27,465 nt of DNA, taken from contig JBBTZY010000165.1 of the NCBI GenBank assembly GCA_038061115.1, positions 1 to 27,465 on the forward strand, given 5' to 3'. A program made the position numbers and the translations under genes. Numbering within the stretch: the first letter of the stretch is position 1; each line of letters starts with the position of its first letter. Below the pieces are notes generated by a model. That model worked only from the letters and a program-made list of their open reading frames with translations, did not search any database and was not told the DNA's origin. The DNA comes from Patescibacteria group bacterium. Lineage in GTDB: Bacteria; Patescibacteriota; Patescibacteriia; Veblenbacterales; UBA10138. Of this stretch, positions 24,551 to 27,465 are shown piece after piece.

Positions 24551-26305
24551 TTAGTCCTGCGCCGCGGTCAAAACTTCCTCGAGCGATGTCATACCCGACA
24601 GCACTTTCAAATATCCATCTTGCATCAAACTAGTGCTACCTTGTCGTACAAACTCCGCTTTTAATTCATGTGGTTTAGCGCCATCAGCAATTATTTTTTG
24701 TAGTTCTGCGGTATTCGCCAGTATTTCCGTAATCGCCACCCGGCCACGGTAGCCAGAATTTTCGCAGTGCGAACAACTCCCTGCTTCGTAAGTTGTCCAC
24801 GGTTCAGCTGGAACTTCCTCTTTCGCTCCCGCGCCCATTCCGGCAAATGAGTCCTGAATTTTCTTAAGCATTTCTGGCGGCAGTGTTCCGGGTTTGCGAC
24901 AACTTTCACATAACTTTCTGACCAAACGTTGACCAATTATTACATTCACAGTGGAGGCAATTAAAAACGGTTCAATATGCATATCAGTTAAACGTAAAAT
25001 AGCGGCCGGCGCATCGTTGGTGTGGAGAGTTGAGAGTAATATGTGACCAGTGAGCGAAGCATGAATCGCGAGCTCCGCAGTTTCCGAGTCACGAATTTCA
25101 CCGACCATAATAATATCTGGATCTTGCCGGAGAATTGACCTGAGACCATTGGCAAAAGTATAACCCACTTCCGGATTCACCTGCGATTGGTTCACACCAC
25201 CCATAAAATATTCCACTGGATCTTCTAGTGTAATAATATTTACTTCTTCGCGATTTAAAATATTAAGCACGGCGTAAAGCGTGGTTGTTTTACCACTGCC
25301 GGTTGGCCCGGTAACTAAGAACATACCATGCGGTTTTTGAATCGCTTCTTTTAGAATCCGTAATTTTTGGCCAGTGAAACCCAAACCTTCAAAAGTACGC
25401 ACGCCAGTGGTTGGATCTAAAATACGCATCACCACTTTTTCATTACCAATTACTGGCATAGTGGAGATACGGAAGTCAATTACTTTATCCACTACCCGCA
25501 GGCGAATACGGCCATCTTGCGGTTGACGCGTTTCATCAATTTTTAAATTAGCTAGTACTTTAATACGCGAAATAACCGCCGAATGAATATATTTCGGTAA
25601 GGTAAGTGAAGTACGAAGAATGCCGTCAACTCGAAAACGCACGCGACTATCGGCATCGCCCGGTTCAATATGAATATCCGAAGCGCCACCTTCTACGGCG
25701 TGCCGGAGAATTGAGGCCACCATTTTCGCCACCGGCGCGGCTTTTAATACTTCTTCAAATTCTTGTACGTTTTCATCTTGCCTTAAAGCTGATTGATCAT
25801 CATCTTCCGCCATTTTTAAGGCCTCACCGACTTCGGAAGTAAGCGAACTATATTGACGAAGCACTTTAAGTAATGAAGTTGAGGTAGTAATGGCGTATTT
25901 TGGTTTCCAGCCGTGTTGACGACCTAAAACATCAACCGCTTCCATTGATTTATAATTTTCTGGATGTACCAAGGCAATCCACACGTCGTTGTTGTCACGC
26001 CGGAAAGGCACTAATTGATAGTATTGAGCGAGCTCAAGTGGCACTAAGCGTAACACCATTTCGGTAACCGCTTGTTGAGTTAAATCAACTGCTGGTAAGC
26101 CATAAAAAGCGCTTTTGGCTTTAAGTAGTGCCTCGGGTGTTAAAGCCGCACGCTCCATTAAAACTTCCTCAATGCCTCGCTGTTCGGCCTGCGCAATTTT
26201 TCTATATTCAGCTAAACGCGCCACGGTTAAAATATTTTGGGTAACTAAAAAATCACCAATATCACCGGTGTTACCTGATTTTGCCATGATTGCTTCGTCG
26301 GGCAT
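24551..26305 (-). CDS. pilB: Type IV pilus extension ATPase (GspE/PulE family)
   Basis: GASDIHIEP, RQPQDGR, Walker A GPTGSGKTT, TLEDPVE, Walker B ILRQDPDIIMVGEIRD, His box TGHILLSTLHTN, CESC/CSHC Zn site. Alternative start is ATG 26287. Confidence 0.96.
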   Translation of the reverse strand: MPDEAIMAKSGNTGDIGDFLVTQNILTVARLAEYRKIAQAEQRGIEEVLMERAALTPEALLKAKSAFYGLPAVDLTQQAVTEMVLRLVPLELAQYYQLVPFRRDNNDVWIALVHPENYKSMEAVDVLGRQHGWKPKYAITTSTSLLKVLRQYSSLTSEVGEALKMAEDDDQSALRQDENVQEFEEVLKAAPVAKMVASILRHAVEGGASDIHIEPGDADSRVRFRVDGILRTSLTLPKYIHSAVISRIKVLANLKIDETRQPQDGRIRLRVVDKVIDFRISTMPVIGNEKVVMRILDPTTGVRTFEGLGFTGQKLRILKEAIQKPHGMFLVTGPTGSGKTTTLYAVLNILNREEVNIITLEDPVEYFMGGVNQSQVNPEVGYTFANGLRSILRQDPDIIMVGEIRDSETAELAIHASLTGHILLSTLHTNDAPAAILRLTDMHIEPFLIASTVNVIIGQRLVRKLCESCRKPGTLPPEMLKKIQDSFAGMGAGAKEEVPAEPWTTYEAGSCSHCENSGYRGRVAITEILANTAELQKIIADGAKPHELKAEFVRQGSTSLMQDGYLKVLSGMTSLEEVLTAAQD

Positions 26306-26309
26306 ACCC

Positions 26310-26318
26310 AGTATATCA
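26310..26318 (-). promoter_or_regulatory. Extended -10 element upstream of pilB
   Basis: TGATATACT; similar TGnTATAnT elements at 10040-10048, 20575-20583 and 24526-24534. Confidence 0.45.
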
Positions 26319-26514
26319 ACTTCGCTACGCCAAAATAAAGCGTAGGAAAGTTTGGTAGTTAATGATTAGATTATGATTTAAAGAGAGTAACATAGTTAAG
26401 TTATAATTTGGCGATAGCTTAAGCGAAGTTGTATTTCTGGGCATGTGTTTGTTATAAAATTATAATTTCCTATTAATCTTCCAAATATACAAACAATAAC
26501 ATTAAAGACAAATC

Positions 26515-26634
26515 GTTTCGAATCTAGAATTAAGAATTAAGAATCACGAATGTTATTCCCCCTTTAAAAAAGGGGGTGAGGGGGGATTTGTTGTACTTAT
26601 CTTGATTCGTAATTCGTTATTCGTGATTCGGGAC
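26515..26634. repeat. GATAAGT-core element with nested CCCCC...GGGGG REP, interior reversed
   Basis: The reverse complement aligns with 18599-18717 (10 substitutions, 1 indel). Confidence 0.88.
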
Positions 26635-26691
26635 ACTGTTCAATACTCTAACCTTATAAACTACAATAATATTCTAAAACCGAACTATCAT

Positions 26692-27108
26692 CTACTTCTG
26701 CTGACATGTTTCTAAATCAATCGGCGGTATTATTAATTTCTTCTGACCGTGTGAACCGATGCTTAAATACGGCGGATTTTGTTGTTCCATTTCTAACCAC
26801 ACACACCACTCATCCTCTTTGGTACTGCGATATAAATTATAACCTTTTTCATTCTTGTTGTCACGCGGAATTTCTTCGAGTAGTCGAGCGGTAATCAACT
26901 CCTCAAACGAGCCATATTTTTGAAAACGATCAAAATAAAACTCCTGCGCTTGAGAAATCAAGCGTAAATTTTCTAAGCGCGCTGTTTCGCGTTTGGTCAA
27001 ATTCTGTTTACGTCCGATAGTAATTAAAACAAAAGTGGCGGCTAAAACAACCGCCACCCCAACTATTACTATGAGAAGAATTATGCCACTGGGATTTTGC
27101 TTGGGCAT
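26692..27108 (-). CDS. Pilin-like protein, 138 aa, class III signal lacking Glu5
   Basis: MPKQNPSG|IILLIVIVG hydrophobic helix, then RLENLRLISQAQEFYFD (GspG-like helix) and WCVWLEME. ATG 27108 is preferred because the ORF-track start 27216 overlaps the upstream gene. Confidence 0.75.
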   Translation of the reverse strand: MPKQNPSGIILLIVIVGVAVVLAATFVLITIGRKQNLTKRETARLENLRLISQAQEFYFDRFQKYGSFEELITARLLEEIPRDNKNEKGYNLYRSTKEDEWCVWLEMEQQNPPYLSIGSHGQKKLIIPPIDLETCQQK

Positions 27109-27145
27109 ATTGAAGTTAATTGTATAATAAAAGTAAATCAAGCAA

Positions 27146-27465
27146 CTAACCACCTGTACCACCTGTAGCATCGGTACACAAATTAGTATCACAAACACAA
27201 ACATCCGTATTATCATCCCAATCCCCTGTCGAAGGCACTTCTTTAGAGCTTAAACCTCTTTCAGTAACAATCAAATAATTATTAGCTCCTTCTAATTTCG
27301 TATAAACGCAGTAATGCTGTAATTTATCATCAAATGTATCATTAGGATTAGTATCAATTTGCTTAGCAAAAGGATAGGCACTAGCTTCTCCAATCTTAGG
27401 ATCTTTTAAGGGAGTTGGGAAAAATCTATTTGACCCCACTATCCCAACCCACCAACCAGGCGCAG
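27146..27465 (-). CDS. C-terminal part of a probable pilin (5' end outside the window)
   Basis: The frame is open to the right edge (APGWWVGIVGSNRFFPTPLKDP...); PLKDP and HYCVYTKLE resemble CPR pilin C-terminal motifs; Cys-rich tail. Confidence 0.7.
   Translation of the reverse strand, partial: APGWWVGIVGSNRFFPTPLKDPKIGEASAYPFAKQIDTNPNDTFDDKLQHYCVYTKLEGANNYLIVTERGLSSKEVPSTGDWDDNTDVCVCDTNLCTDATGGTGG

Noticed and set aside
24691-26345. Short minus-strand ORFs 24691-24936, 25606-25842 and 26115-26345
   Set aside because: They are alternative frames overlapping pilB, with no supporting signals.
26325-26444. 39-aa ORF (ATG 26444) and a small hairpin upstream of pilB
   Set aside because: No coding signal or similarity, and the stem is only 6 bp.
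8199-26691. Intergenic repeats as a CRISPR array
   Set aside because: No constant repeat with regular unique spacers, and no cas genes.
8199-26691. Hairpins as integron attC sites
   Set aside because: No consistent RYYYAAC/GTTRRRY boxes, flanked genes include housekeeping genes (ligA, gatCA, lgt), and no integrase is in the window.
1161-26894. All plus-strand ORFs in the track (for example 1854-2099, 3954-4271, 14490-14939, 19974-20432, 23530-23871)
   Set aside because: They are antisense shadows of well-supported minus-strand genes and have no recognisable motifs.
1-27465. All genes on one strand; possible TGA recoding (code 25)
   Set aside because: Strong strand bias is usual in small genomes; lgt, ligA and the PilV-like gene end cleanly at TGA, so code 11 fits.

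Overview
This 27.5 kb window most likely comes from a Patescibacteria/CPR (Parcubacteria-like) genome. That is an inference from the AT-rich DNA, the CPR-style pilins and giant hypothetical proteins, and the scarcity of Shine-Dalgarno sites; TGA is used as a stop, so the code is standard code 11. Every supported gene is on the minus strand. In transcription order (right to left) they are: two pilin-like genes, pilB, a catalytically degenerate PilT-like ATPase, pilC, a four-helix-bundle gene, the probable major pilin, prepilin peptidase pilD, four minor pilins (FimT/V/W/X-like), ligA, gatC, gatA, a DedA protein, three tandem DsbA-family proteins, lgt and tRNA-Asp(GTC). A four-gene accessory cluster follows: a 979-aa protein with DHH/MYG1-like motifs, a DUF5663-like protein, a 58-aa protein, and a protein of more than 1089 aa that runs off the left edge and was missed by the ORF track. 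The most unusual signal is non-coding. Almost every intergenic gap is filled by modular hairpin elements built from 7-nt (one class 8-nt) repeats plus REP-like palindromes. One class looks like gene-less copies of the four-helix-bundle cassette. Another class has a fixed length of 86 +/- 7 nt with a conserved core that receives nested insertions. One REP doublet sits in frame inside pilD. All alignments and counts were done by eye; no database searches were run.
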